A stretch of DNA of 64,000 bases from Bispira polyomma (taxonomy: Eukaryota). Under the pieces are notes generated by a model. The model was given only the letters and a program-made list of their open reading frames with translations, searched no databases and was not told the DNA's origin. The position numbers and the translations under genes are program-made. Shown here one piece after another: positions 12,626-26,300 of this stretch. Numbering within the stretch: position 1 is the stretch's first letter; each line of letters begins with the position of its first letter. Where the stretch lies: positions 68,138,001 to 68,202,000 of the forward strand of contig OZ287748.1 of NCBI GenBank assembly GCA_965649765.1, given 5' to 3'.

Positions 12626-15122
12626 CATGGAATTTTGATCAAGAGCTTCTTTAATGTCATGGTCAACTTATAAGAATATTTCTTAAGCTCTTTAGCGGAG
12701 GTCGCACAATGGAAAAGGATCCACGTCACAGGATTTATTGGGAGGTTTGGCAATTATGTTTCATAACTAGTCATCCTCAAGCCTCTTTCTTCAGTTACTA
12801 TAATAACAAGTACTGGAGCTGCTTGGTTGTACACGTACATTCAAGAAAAGGCACATAAGTACTTAGGGAAAAATACAACAAAATACAATTATATTCTATT
12901 ACTTCTATTATCCCATATTCAATTTTAAAAAACTTATTTCCACTCTCCAAAATTTAAATTCATATTCATGTTACACGAAATCCTGACGTAGGTCCAAATA
13001 GTTGAGCTACACTGATATTGACACCATATGAATAAGTGTGATCATTTGTCTTGTTTACATTATGTAATTTTTCCATATTATTATGAAGCAGCACACTATT
13101 GACTTGCAGTATTGTACAAACTACATATCTATATAACTGCTTATCATTCTACAAGTAATATTTGCTGCAATTGTTTGTCAATGGGTGCTTACAGTGTTAG
13201 GTCCATGGTCTGACCCTAATTTTGACTTGTATAATGATATTCACTTTATAAATAGAGTAGCTGTTTCTCAAGGGAAATTTATATTTTGTGCAGACAGTTT
13301 GATATCATTGTCACCTTGAGTAATGGCCCTGACTTCTCTCAGAAACACTAGTTTCATATTATTGCCACTGAATAATGACTCTGACCGCTTCTTGCTTATT
13401 TCTTACTAACTATTCCATGGAAAGCATTTATGCTTGCACCTTATTTTTTTTTGTGTGCATCTATTTTACTCTATGGCTGTGGCCATTTAACATGGATTGT
13501 TGGTCTAAACATTACACAAGGACGTTATGTCACCAAGTGCGCACAAAATGCAATTGTGACTGTAATTTTGCAACATACATATGAATATAATACCTGGGCA
13601 TACTATTTGTGTGTAGGGTAATTTGTAAATGAATTTGCTTTTGATGGTTAAGTTTATAGAATCTGGATGGCAATGTAATACCTCAAACTATAGAGGTATA
13701 CCCTGCACAGCATACCCAAGAATGTACAGTTCTAAGTTCCATATATTGATCAGAAAGCTTTCTCTTCAATTTTACCACTGGTAAAATACTGTAGGTAGTT
13801 GTGCCATAGAGTCATCTTTTATATTTTAAGAATCACGTGTAACTAACTGTAAACTGTCACTATAAACATCTATATACAGGCCTCAAATGTCTTGGTTTAT
13901 CAACACATATTTTTTTGTTTCCAGAAAAATCTTTCATTCTATGTTTTCGAAATAAATGCAGTATCTTTGAGTTGCCTATTTCTACAATGACAATATTGAT
14001 AACCGAATAAGTTAAACGATGCACACAGTCATATACAAAAACAAAATAATTTCGTCAATACTGCACAGCTTACAGGATTTAGTCTTTTTTTCATTACCTG
14101 TAGTTTGTTTAAACATATACAACTCTTGTTGTGTTTGAACTACAAACAATTACATATAATACTGACACACAAACAGTCACAAACAAGTTATAAAAGTGGC
14201 AATATTGAACTGTAAAATGCATACACAGTAGCTATTGTTTTAGAAAGATGAATTGGTTTTAACTACTTCTACCTATGCAGGTGTAGCTTAAAGCAAATCC
14301 TGTAAATGTGCAATTTATATAATAAACCAAGCAATTAAAGGTTGTATCTTTTGTAGCCACCTTTGCTATGCTAAAATGTAATGTTAAAAAAGCCTTTGTT
14401 TTTAATGTTATTTTTATAATAAATATATATCATAACTTAAATAAGGCTAAGTATTGTGGTAAATAATATATGCACATGAGGCTGATTTACAGCATCATTT
14501 TAACATGTGTCAACATAATTATGTTAAAGTGGAACGTGTTAAAAAAAGTGGTACCTTAATTGGTGAATTAATTGTGTTTGTTATTTAAAACCGAGTAAAT
14601 AAAGTAAAAAAGTCTATTAATTGGACAAATTCGGATTTTTCTTAGGACTTTTTTTAGCCATTATTTTGAAAATTCTTAAAATTATTACTTGGAGGATCTG
14701 TTTGAATGTAAGTATCTTACTAGTTGGAAGCCTAGACATGATACAACATCAATGAAAACTAGAACTGTCCTTCAAGCTTGATAAATACTCTGCGAGAAAA
14801 AGTAAATGTATTGTAATTTTGTGCAATGACACAGGACATGTTGACATTTGGTTTGTGGCACATAGAACCAAAAATGTGTCTATCCGTCACTTTTTGATAT
14901 GAGTAAAACATCACTTCAACGTAGGGATCCTCATCTGCCTCAGATCCATCTAGTTACACTTAGACTAGAAGGAAAACAAACAGGGGCACATGAAATTGTT
15001 CCACAGTATTGATAATAGACTTACTATTTTTAGTTTATACAATTACAAGAAGAGTTTGCATTAAACCATGTTGAATAAACTACTATAACATTGGTATTGT
15101 ATGGATGTCATATGAATTTTTG

Positions 15123-15468
15123 GAATAGGCTGATGTAAGGTATAACACATTCCAAAGCATGGTATACGATAATTTTTACCACAATTGGAGGCGTAGTAAC
15201 ACAAAGGCGAAGCCAAAGTGTTTCTACGCTCTAAAAGTAGTAAAAATTAGTGTATACCATGCTTTGGAATGTGTTATTCCTATTCTAGCATGACATATTA
15301 ATATTATTACTTGATTCTGGCTGTTTTTAATGGTGCAAAATTACGTTATATCAAGGAACTATATCAACAGGGCATTAAGTACACTACAGACGAAATTAGT
15401 GTATACAGTGATTTTTACCATAGCGTTCGGCCAATCAGAATCGCTTACACAGCCGTCTCATGTTAGAA
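15123..15468. mobile_element. Palindromic non-autonomous element with ggcgaagcc-centred hairpin
   Basis: Perfect 26-bp inverted repeat at 15142-15167 / 15252-15277, with further inner pairing to the apex ggcgaagcc (15206-15214). A second short inverted repeat, ttctagcatga / tcatgttagaa, closes the right part. Confidence 0.7.
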
Positions 15469-15829
15469 AAAAAGAAACATTAACATCTTGCTAAAATTTG
15501 GAGGGGATCACCAAGCATCTTCCACAATAAACTTTGAAATGTGTTATAACTAAGACATTTCGTAAAACTGTCTTTCTAATATTTGAAAGATTCTTTGGCT
15601 CTTCCTTAAAGCTTTCACCACTGAATAACCAATGGATAAAACTTGTACAGTCATCTGAGGTGTAGTAATGAATGCTCTTTACTCACAACAATTTTAAATT
15701 ACTCATCGGAATTGCAAATACACAGAACTAAAAAATAAAAAAGACATAAATTAACTATGCTAAAAACAAGGTACTTTGTACTACAAATAAAAGTTATATT
15801 GTGCTGAACGCTAGCTATGAGTAAGCCTT

Positions 15830-17144
15830 TTAAACTTCACTAGATTGTACAGAATTCATGTCTAACTTTAAACCTTTAGTCCTGAGATACTCTTGAAATT
15901 CAGTCACACTGTCTTTTTGGTTAGTTTTTGACCCTGGTCTTGATCTGTCAAAAACGGAATGCCCGGAGTCCGAATGATTCATGCTGTACATACTGAAGTC
16001 CTCGATAGAAGACACCTCTGCACTTGTACGGTCTGCTTTGGTGTCCCTACTGCTAAGAAGACTTGGCCTACAAGACGAGTCTTGGCCGCTCTGGCGACCG
16101 CTGTCCGCACTAGTAGTGAGGCTACATTCCGTGGTAGATGGTTCAGAGGCACACTCTACTAAGATGTGTGGCACTACTGCCTTTTGATTAGCCCAGCTAT
16201 CTACAAGGGAACCCCTTGGTACCAGGGACACACTACTAGGGCCACCAGATGTATCCACGTTTTGAGAAGGACTAGAGGCACGGCGAGAGAGGCTCATTTT
16301 GGGGGATGATGATGACGATTGATGATGTTGATGCATCACCGGGGCAGGTGGCCTTTTCCACACCGTGTCATCTGTGTCAGTCAGGGACAGCTTGCTACCT
16401 TGCAAAGTCCCAAAGGATCCTTTGTGAAGGAGGTCTTCGTCCGTCAGCAGATCATCCAAGTCTGCCAGTGGATCGCGCTCACTCAGCGTCTCTTCGGATG
16501 TACCACTATCACAGTCTCTGCCCCCATTAAGCAGCAGAGGGCTACTGTCAGTGACATCGTGAGGAGTAGAAACTGACACACAGCTCACTGGTGACAAGTG
16601 GTCATTAGCACCGTGATTGAACACACCCAGTTCCGATGATCTGCCTTTGACCTTATCCACCACTGCTGCATTATATTTGTAGCTCTGCTTAGATTCCGAT
16701 GAACCCTGAGAGTCTTTCGAGGCCTTCCTTCTTCTCCTAAGTCCAGATAGAAGTGTCTGCAGTAATTCCTCTCCAGTTTGTACACCAGCTTCTACCAAGC
16801 CAGTGGAACCACGGCGACATGCTTCATCTGCAGCCACCACCGCGTTATCCATCGCTTCGAATTCATCTTCAAACTCGCATACGCCTTGGAAGTCTGCGAA
16901 CGGAGCTGGTGCTCTGATGCGGTGGGATGGTTCGATGAGACGATTGACTATTTTCTGTGAAGCATTAGGCTGTGGTGAAGGCGAGGAGTCACTGAATGGA
17001 GCACCACTTGGTGACATCTGGTTGTACAAATGGCCCGGGGATACGTTGTCTTTGTCATCAGGGGTACTTTTGTTGCGCCACCTGTTGAAGACATTTCTTT
17101 GACGATAAAGTGTCAGTGCTGCATGCTCAAATGATTTCTCATTC
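15830..17144 (-). CDS. GRM1/5: mGluR terminal exon H (long Ser-rich cytoplasmic tail ending SSEV)
   Basis: Acceptor CAAACAG|GAATGAG. The phase 2 start matches the end of exon G. It is in frame with ORF 15830..17158 and ends in a class I PDZ ligand (S-E-V). It is the only long GC-richer ORF downstream of exon G. Confidence 0.82.
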
Positions 17145-20100
17145 CTGTTTGAATACATTAAAAAATGAAAATTTAAGATTTGTTATTAGAATACATTATA
17201 TTTTTATATATTACAGGTCTTATTATTATTATTATTATACATTTTTAACACACTTTGTTGATGCTAGGCATCTTCTAAAGCGCAACAACAGAATCAGTAA
17301 GGAAAACTGTCGGGAAGAGGGAACTAAGGTGGGTAAGCAAGGCTAAATTGATAGCCTTGTACACAATGTATTTATTGCTTATAAAGAAATTAGTTTTACA
17401 TGAGTAATAAGAAATACTGCAGAGAAAAATGTCGTGGTTCTAAGTTAAGCAACCATCATTGTCACATGAGACAGATATAATCATAAGTAAAACAACCTGA
17501 AAACAGCAAGACAAACAAGTAAATCTATATTAGAGTGTTTTTAAAATGTTATCAGTCTTCATAATTATTTACAAAATATACATTTGTTTTCGTACAGTAC
17601 ATGTAAAGGTGATAAATACAGGAGCATGCAATATGTACAAAACAGAGTAGGTAACAGAAAACATGCATATATATTTGTAGTGTAAAATCATGATGCATAG
17701 AATTTGCAAGCAAAAAGTATGGCAAGGCTGCAACTCTGGACTATATGCAAAGTGTTTCAGAAAAGCCAATAAAAGACAATTATACGATATACGATATAGA
17801 ACAAGTGACAATGTAGCAATGCCCAAACCTAATATTTGTTTATGTTTAATATTTTAAGGAAAGCCAAACTTACACAGATACAGCTGTGTACACACTGCTG
17901 TCAAAGGGTGTCTTTGTTTTGTTTTTTCATTAATTTTAACTTTCGTTTTTCTCATGTGTGTCATGTGACAGATGTATATAAAACAGTATGCATTATTGTT
18001 TTATATTATTCCTCAATAGGATATAGCATTGTTTTGGATGTGTTGAAAGGTCTCATGGCAACATTTGGTAAAAAGTGCTTTTTTGGAGTAATACACCGGA
18101 TTATATTGGTCAAACTGTATATTCCCATAGTGTCCTACGGTAAATAGTGTTAGAATACAAATGATATTTTTTCTTATTTGGATCTCTTTCAACAGCTTAG
18201 GACATGTCATGATGACCAGATTCAGTGATAGAAGAAACCAGTGCTGAAGCCACTGTAAACCACCAGCCTATGACAACTTTTATTGGTAAGTACCTCACAA
18301 ACTTTCCTACATGAAAGAACAAACTGGATTTGAACCCACATTGGTGAGAGGTCAACGACTTTAAAGCAGGTGTTTTTAACCACTCGGCCCATCTCTGGCC
18401 AGTGTATTTCTAGCTATCTCTCCCTATATATATCTATAGCCTTACAATTTATCTGTAAAGCCCATGGGCTTTTTTAACTCAGACTTCAGAAAAGTAGGGG
18501 GTGATCTCTCATGCGAATATGGTTGATGTGCCATATGTTTTGTTTTTTTTAATTGGGATATTTAACGTCCACTCTAGTACCTGTTTAGGTTATATTGGGG
18601 ACGGGTAGTTGGAAACGCTGGAGGAAACACTGCATACAGTTAATTAAGGTTCTGCACTGAAACCAGCGGCCCAAAGTAAGGAACTACCACCTTTCCCACA
18701 TAGGCATCGACAGGAGTTGAACCCATGCCAGCCGATCCTAGAGGTGAGAGACCAGTGATTGTGAAGCGCCATGCTTGCTAACCACTAGGCCACCGCAGCC
18801 CCCGGTGTGCCGTATGTAGAGTTTCCTATAATATTAAATATATTGGTATATACTTTGCTGGTGATGGAAACTATACATGGTATTAGTAAGTAATAGATTA
18901 CTCTTTAATGAATCCTTTATATACATATATATACTGGACATATTGGATATTTTTCAAAATTTACTGTGGTATGATATTTTAAGAGATATATCCCCAACAC
19001 CCAACTACAATAATCTAATTACAGTGTACGTTGGCTGATATATATATATTTGAAATGAGTTTTAGTTCATTTAAATAATGTCAAGTTATGTATATATTTA
19101 TATATATATAACACAGGTGACATGGGGCCATTATAAGGTATATCTTTATCCATTTGAACACAGGTGAGATGGTGTCATTATGCAGTATATTTTTATCCAT
19201 TTGAACACAGGTGAGATGGTATCATTATAAAGTATATCTTTATCCATTTGAACACAGGTGAGATGGTGTCATTATAAAGTGTATCTTTATCCATTTGAAC
19301 ACAGGTGACATAGTGTCATTATGAAGTGTATCTTTATCCATTTGAACACAGGTGATATGGTGTCATTTTAAAGTATATCATTATCCATTTGAACACAGGT
19401 GAGATGGTGTCATTATAAAGTATATCTTTATCCATTTAAAAATATCCTGACAGTGTTTGATCATATTTTTCCGCAGTCCATATTTTTACAGACATATGTC
19501 ACAACTTTTTTTAAAATTTAAAGTTAAACTACAACTGTTACAGTGTATACATTATGAATTCTGATTTTTTTTTGAAAGAATAGTAAAACAAAAACTGCAT
19601 TAGAAGTGCTGATCTGTTTTATTGAAACACTCCTTTTGGTAAAGAATATGCGGAACAAGTTATATGTGCTTTTAAGAAATGACTAGTGTAACCCTGTCAA
19701 GTCGAATCTGAAGGGACCATAAACATTTGTTCTACTTCTAACAGAAATTCTACTCAACAGGATACATTTTAATTAGAAATATAGCCATGGTGAGTTTAAA
19801 ATAACTTCAACGGAACAGGTAATTCCACTTATCAGAGTTCTACTTAAAATGGCTTTGACTGTACACCGATACCAAAATATGGACCATCTTGCTAAATTTA
19901 TTACCCCCAGTGATAACAATATAAGCTATTTTGACAAAATTATATACAAATCTAAAAATAAGCCACACAGAAGATACTCCTAATATGTACAGGTGCATGA
20001 GGGGGAGACAATCTATGATTCTATATAATATATATAAATATATATAAATACATGTATGGAGCCCTGGAGGGGACATTGTAAATATTTTTACCCAGATTGA

Positions 20101-20353
20101 TTATTGCTCAGAGATTACGCACTGTGCACACCATTTATAAACTGCGCTCACGAATTATAAACTGTGCTCATGAATTATAAACTGTGTTCATGGTTTATTA
20201 TATGCGAGCACAAAATAATCTGAGTAAAAAATCTTTAGAATGTCCCCTGCGGAGCACCGTACACATGTATAATAAATAAATGTGTGTATTGTCATACACC
20301 ATAAAAATACTTTTTCTTCTTTTTTTCTGCTCTACACAATCTAGGGGGTGTAT

Positions 20354-20391
<38 letters not shown>

Positions 20392-23300
20392 GCCCACAAC
20401 TTACCATAGGACCTCCATTTGTTTCTCACAAACAATTTTAGTGCCTGGCCCTTGGTGAACCCTCCACTGATACAAACTGGTGTTTGATTCAGGTCTGTTA
20501 TGGTAGACAGAGAGAGAGATAGAGAGAGAGAGAGAATATAACACATACAAACACACTGGACGACAGAAGGGTAATGTACTATCACTACACTGACCCCTTT
20601 GGTGTATATGTAAGGCCTTTATAGATTGGTTGCAAGCAAAGAGAGCGGCGTCAGCTTGCTTAATATATATCACATAGTGTGCCTGTTCTAAGATCTTATA
20701 GTCAAACAAACATAATCGCAAGGTACAAAATATCCCAATAATTTTTTTTAAGGAAATAGGACAAAATCCCAGTGAAATTAGAATATTGTATTTTGTATGT
20801 TCGATTGTTAAGTTAATAAAGTTTTAATAAACCCAACATCTTAAAAATGATTGTAATTTGGATCACTGGGAGTTTGTCCTAGCTCTGAAAAAGGACATTG
20901 GGATTATGTCCCTTGGGATTTTGTCCTAATAAATTTTGGGGGGATTGTGTACCCTTGGGGATTTTGTACCACCGGGATTTTGCCCTAAATATTCCTATTA
21001 TCTTAGATAGACTGTACATTTAATTTAAATACACTATGTTAAGTATATATATATTTTTTTTTATATAATTAATATCATCAAGTTGTGTATAAGTAACAGC
21101 AAAACCATCCATTTTGAAATGAAAAACCCTCCTAAAACAGTGAATTGGCAAATTTGCAAATTCCACAAGGATAAACTTCTAATAATAACTTTCACCAACA
21201 ATCAAAGGCAAATGAAAGCTATCCTCTAATGATGCAGACATATATCAAACGCCAATATAATTGACACTTAAAAACAAGTTGGGTTTTTTTTTCTTCGAAA
21301 TTGCATATAATTTTGCGAGTCAATTTCCCCGCAGATCCCTTTATTGCTCGGGGAATGCAATAACCTCACCCTTTTAACACCCCAAAAGGGACAGAAGGCT
21401 CGTTAATTCAGCCAGTTGACACGGTAATGCAACAAAGAATGGGCGTCTAATGCTGTGTTTTAGAAGCTATAACTGTAGCAGCATTCTGAGCCCAACCCAG
21501 GTTCTGCTGTCTGATGAAAGCTTTGCTTATAACAAACACGCCCCCCATAAATATAATCTTAGTTTGGGTTTGGGTTTTTTTTAAAATCTTTACCAAAGTT
21601 TCAATTTTAAACTATTTTATAACTTTAAAAATATGTATATACGCCAATATGTACAGAAATAAATCTGCAAACACTTCTTCCATTTTCTTCTCAAGGCCAC
21701 ACACCAACATTCATCACGTTCAAGGTCACATCCTTATTGCCTAAGGTTTAACTGCAACTTGCTTTACCTATTTAGACTGGACCTGATAGTACATTCACAG
21801 TGTTTGTTTGAGAACCAAAAAGATTTATTAATTGTTAAGTTAATATAAAAGAAACTGAAGAGTATTTCTTTCTTTCCTATTAGTCCCTATACATACTGAG
21901 ATGTAATATGAGTGATGTGATAGCTTTCTTGTTTTAACCCGCCTAATTATTGCTAGGCATCTTCTAAAGCGCAACATCATTGACAAAGTTGTTAAAATAT
22001 TGTAGTCTGTTTCTAATGCAAATTCGTGATCGGAGGGTGATGTGAATGAGAAAGATGTCTATGATGGGTAAGCGAGGATGAAAAGATGGGTCTTAAGGTT
22101 GCTTCTAAAACCAGGAAAGCTTTATTGGGATCGCCTTTAAAGAGTCCCGGAAATTATGTAAATGAGAAAATCTGGTTAATAGAAATTATTAGTTAGTGAG
22201 CTAGAATGTGTAATACAACCCTGATCTAGGTCTTAACTAATACATTAATAGTCCAATTACAATTATAATTAATATAACCTGGTTTGCAAAGAGCAACTGC
22301 AGTAGTTTTAAGCAATTAGTTATTGTAGTAGGAATAATAATTATTATGTAATGTTAGGAGAAAATGAACAACCATTTAGTGGTCAAAAAGTTTTTGCTAG
22401 TTTGTGACAAATATTTAAAAAAGTGGCTGAAATATAAAGTTGTGTATTTTGTTAAATTATATCTACTAGATACAAAAGTAATAGTAAGACTTAGTAATAA
22501 TTTTAAAGTTCATGCACAATTATATAGAAAGTGCGAAAATACTGACAAAGTTAAATATTTTTTGGTATCAGAAAATCGATAATACAGAGTCTCTTTTAGG
22601 ACATCCATATGATTTCTAATTTTCTAAAGTTGTGATTTATGGCCACCTCCTACTATTGGATTTCGCGAAAGAGACACCTGTTCATTTGCTGTGAAAACGC
22701 TGCGCAAACTCGGTCACTGTATTTGCTCCTTGATACCATCTTTGTGGTAAATATGCATTGCATGAATCCCTCAAGCCAGAAATTTAGTTTGAAAGTAAAT
22801 TTATGCAATGGATCGCTCTCAACATGGTCACAGCAGTGGTGGATGAAAACGTGTTGTGACTGAATAAGATATGCCCCATTTGAGTGCGGCCTGTACAACA
22901 TAAGGACCGTGGACGCCGTGCCAACTATAAAATACTACCTTAAAAGGCATTGACAATTTTATCTTTTATCAGTTGTCATCATGATAGGGTCGAGTTGAGA
23001 AAGCATGGCAAACGCTAAAAGTAGACGTAACAAGTAAAATTATTGGTTCTCACACCTTAAATTGATTAGTGTTCCATACTATTCTACATAACTGTAAAAT
23101 TTATCTAAAATAGTTGTTTGTGAGATGTATTCGACTTATCAGAGTTCTACCTAAAGGGGTTTGGCTGTACGTGTACATGCTAATGCACTAGCTGCCTCAT
23201 TTTCAATTACAGGACTTATTGCAGCACTATATATAGTCATGTATATTATCTACTGGTGCATTTCTGTATAAAGCACCTTGTAAGGTCTTCATTTTAGATT

Positions 23301-26300
23301 GAAGACAAAAATTGTATATACATGCACAAAAACTTCACACAAGATTACTTTCACAAAGGAACACAACTACATTGGATAGGAATATTTAAGACAATGCGAC
23401 TGATTTTCATGAAAACAATCACATCACATAAAGAAAGATATCGTAGACAATTGGTGCAGAAAAAAAGGTGTGCAAACCCATAATGTTTGTGTTGTGATGA
23501 TTGGTATTACAACCAACACAATAAAATGAATTAGTAAAAATAAATAGCAACTGGATTAAGATTCTTATTAAGTTATTATATCTTTTAAAGCAGATGATCA
23601 TTGATATTAAGCTTTTTGTGAGAAATCTTGTCTTAAACTCCAAAAGTAAAGTATGTGTGTTCTTAACGGTGTCTCTTAAGAATTTAAACTATCTCATTAA
23701 TATGCCTGCCAATACTGAGACTAAGCCTTGTAATTTCAGATGTATTACATACAATAAGGAATCAAAAATTTTGCCACACAATTATTAATTTGCTATTCAT
23801 TGATCAAGTATTCAGCTACATATAGTATAAAATATCACAAGAAAAAACTTGAAATTTACCACAAGATCATCTTTGAATACTTCGTGGGGAAATTGTGTTA
23901 TGTATTTTTACAGTGACTTATTGATGCGAGACATCTTTTAAAACACAACATCAGAATTAGTTAACTAATAGGGAAGTCCAAAAAATTGCTAAGTTCGTAA
24001 GGAAGGATGTTGGGGGTCTATAAGGAGGGAACTAAGGGGGCTTTGAATAGATGGATTTTAAGCTTTTTCCTAAAACCTTTTTTTTAGGAAAAGAGTTTCG
24101 AGTGAACTAAGCTCAACAGGGAGACTATTCGATAGCATAGGGGCAGCAATAAAGAAAGCTCTAGATCCAGACTTCTTGGTCGGTTTAACAGAGGAAACAG
24201 AAAATCTTTTTCCTCTTGTAAGCTTACTAATTGAAAGGAGGAGCCGCGGTGGCCTAGTGGTTAGTAAGCATTGCGCTTCACAATCACTGGTCTCTCACTT
24301 CTGGGCGGCGTGAGTTCTAATCCCGAGATGTGGGAAAGGTGGTAGTTCCTTACTGTGGGCCGCTGGTTTCAGTGCAGAACCTTGATCAACTGTATGCAGT
24401 GTTTCCTCCAGCATTCCAACTACCCATCCCAATATAACCTAAACAGGTACTAGAGTGGACGTTAAATATCCCAATTAAAAAAAAAAAAACTAATTGAAAG
24501 GAAATATGTATTTAATTTGAGTTAAACACAGTTTTTAACAATTATGTATTTATTATGGCGATGGGCACTTTATTGGTAGAGACAAACAGTACAGGTTATA
24601 GTTGGTCAAGAGTTTTGCACTGTAAAGAACTGACATCCAGCAAGTCTACTACCAACTACTACCACAATGACACTGGTGTAAATAGATTTAATTGCCCCCT
24701 GGTAAAGTTGCCCCCCTCCGGTAACTTAAAATTGATCTTGACTTAAACCCCCTCATGTTCAAATTACACCCATCTTTGTACTTTGTTTTTTCTTTGGGGG
24801 AGGGGTGTTACATCTCTTGTATTATTATTATAGATTTTAAAATTACATTGGGGGGGGATAATGTAAAAGGAGAGCATTTCAAACTGCTACACTAGGGGAT
24901 AAGATTTAAACCCACGTCTGTAGAGGTTGGGAGCCAGAGTGTTACTTCTACGTGACCAAGGTTCTTTGTAGAAGATATGAGTCACTTAGCCACACACTTC
25001 CATAGAAGAGAAATGGTCAATATTTACAATATAAATAGTATGCAATATATTAGTAAAATGGAATGCCCCAAACCATTCATATGTGGCACATGCTTTATAA
25101 AAAGTTTTTTTGTCATAATCTACAAAATCATTAGTTTCTATTTATGTTAACTATATGTGTAATTAAAAGGTGGATCGAAATTTAGAAAAGTATTAAAAGT
25201 ATTATCACAAACAAATCACGATTACATACACAACTGATATAATTTACTTCAAATATATTTTCACAAGAACTTACAAGTTTAAAAATAGCAAATAACAGAT
25301 AAACAAAATATCACAGAACACATAATTAATGGAATACTATTTAGAAAAAAAATACTGATTTGGTTTTTATTCATGAGAATTTTTTTTAAAAAGTTTTACT
25401 ATTGGGAAACAATAACTTAAATTAATTTAATTGATATAAATGAATGAAAATGTAGACTTATACTCACAATTCGTAAAGCTAGCTTTACTATTAACATTTT
25501 AATGGAACTGAACAAAAACCAAATTCAAAGGTGACACAAGTTAACATTTAATTCCCAAAAAGGTAACTGTCAATACATGAAGTGAATATATGACATTACC
25601 TGGGTTTAAATGGAACTGGATTAGTGGAATATGAGCTTAATTCATTGAAACCCTCGAGTAGCTTTGCCACTTAATTAATAAACTTTGGTGAAGCAATGAT
25701 GAATATATTCTATATATATAAAAACAATAATCAATAAAGGAAATTGTACACACATATCGATGTATTTTTAAATAATTGTTTTAAATCGTTTGCAATAACA
25801 TAGTTTTCCGTGATAGTATTTTTTTAAATTTTGACAGTAAAACCTCCATTTTCCGAACATGTTAGAAGAGCAAGATTTTGTTTGGATAATAGAAGGTTCA
25901 TAAAATGGAAGAGATTTGAAAATGTACATTTGAAAGAGTGAAAAATGTGATCATAATATTGAATAATCGGATAACAGAAGTCCATGAAATAGAGTTTCTA
26001 CCACAGGGTTTCAATGAATTTGTATCACAGTGTGAGCCTGTCTTAGAAATGAAAAAAGAAGAAAAAAAATTTTAAGACCAGGCAAACACAGGGTACCAGT
26101 CTTGCCTAAGCTGAGGAAAGGAGAAACGTGCACAGGATACCTGTTCATGCTATCATGAGAAGGTAATGACCTTGAAGTGGATCCAATGTGACACCGAACA
26201 TCTTTGGAGGTTGTGAACGCGGAGCGGTTGTTCCTCTCTGGCTTGCACACAATGATGTAGATCTTGGGAAAGAATAACAGGACTAGAGCCACGGTGGCAC

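Noticed and set aside
15959-17102. Several + strand and alternate-frame ORFs over exon H, and likewise over exons A, C and F
   Set aside because: Shadow ORFs of GC-richer coding sequence with no recognisable motifs.
25600-25615. 16-nt microexon candidate (CAG|TTCCATTTAAACCCAG|GTAATG)
   Set aside because: The pyrimidine tract is poor and it gives an immediate stop. It cannot be separated from chance without RNA data.
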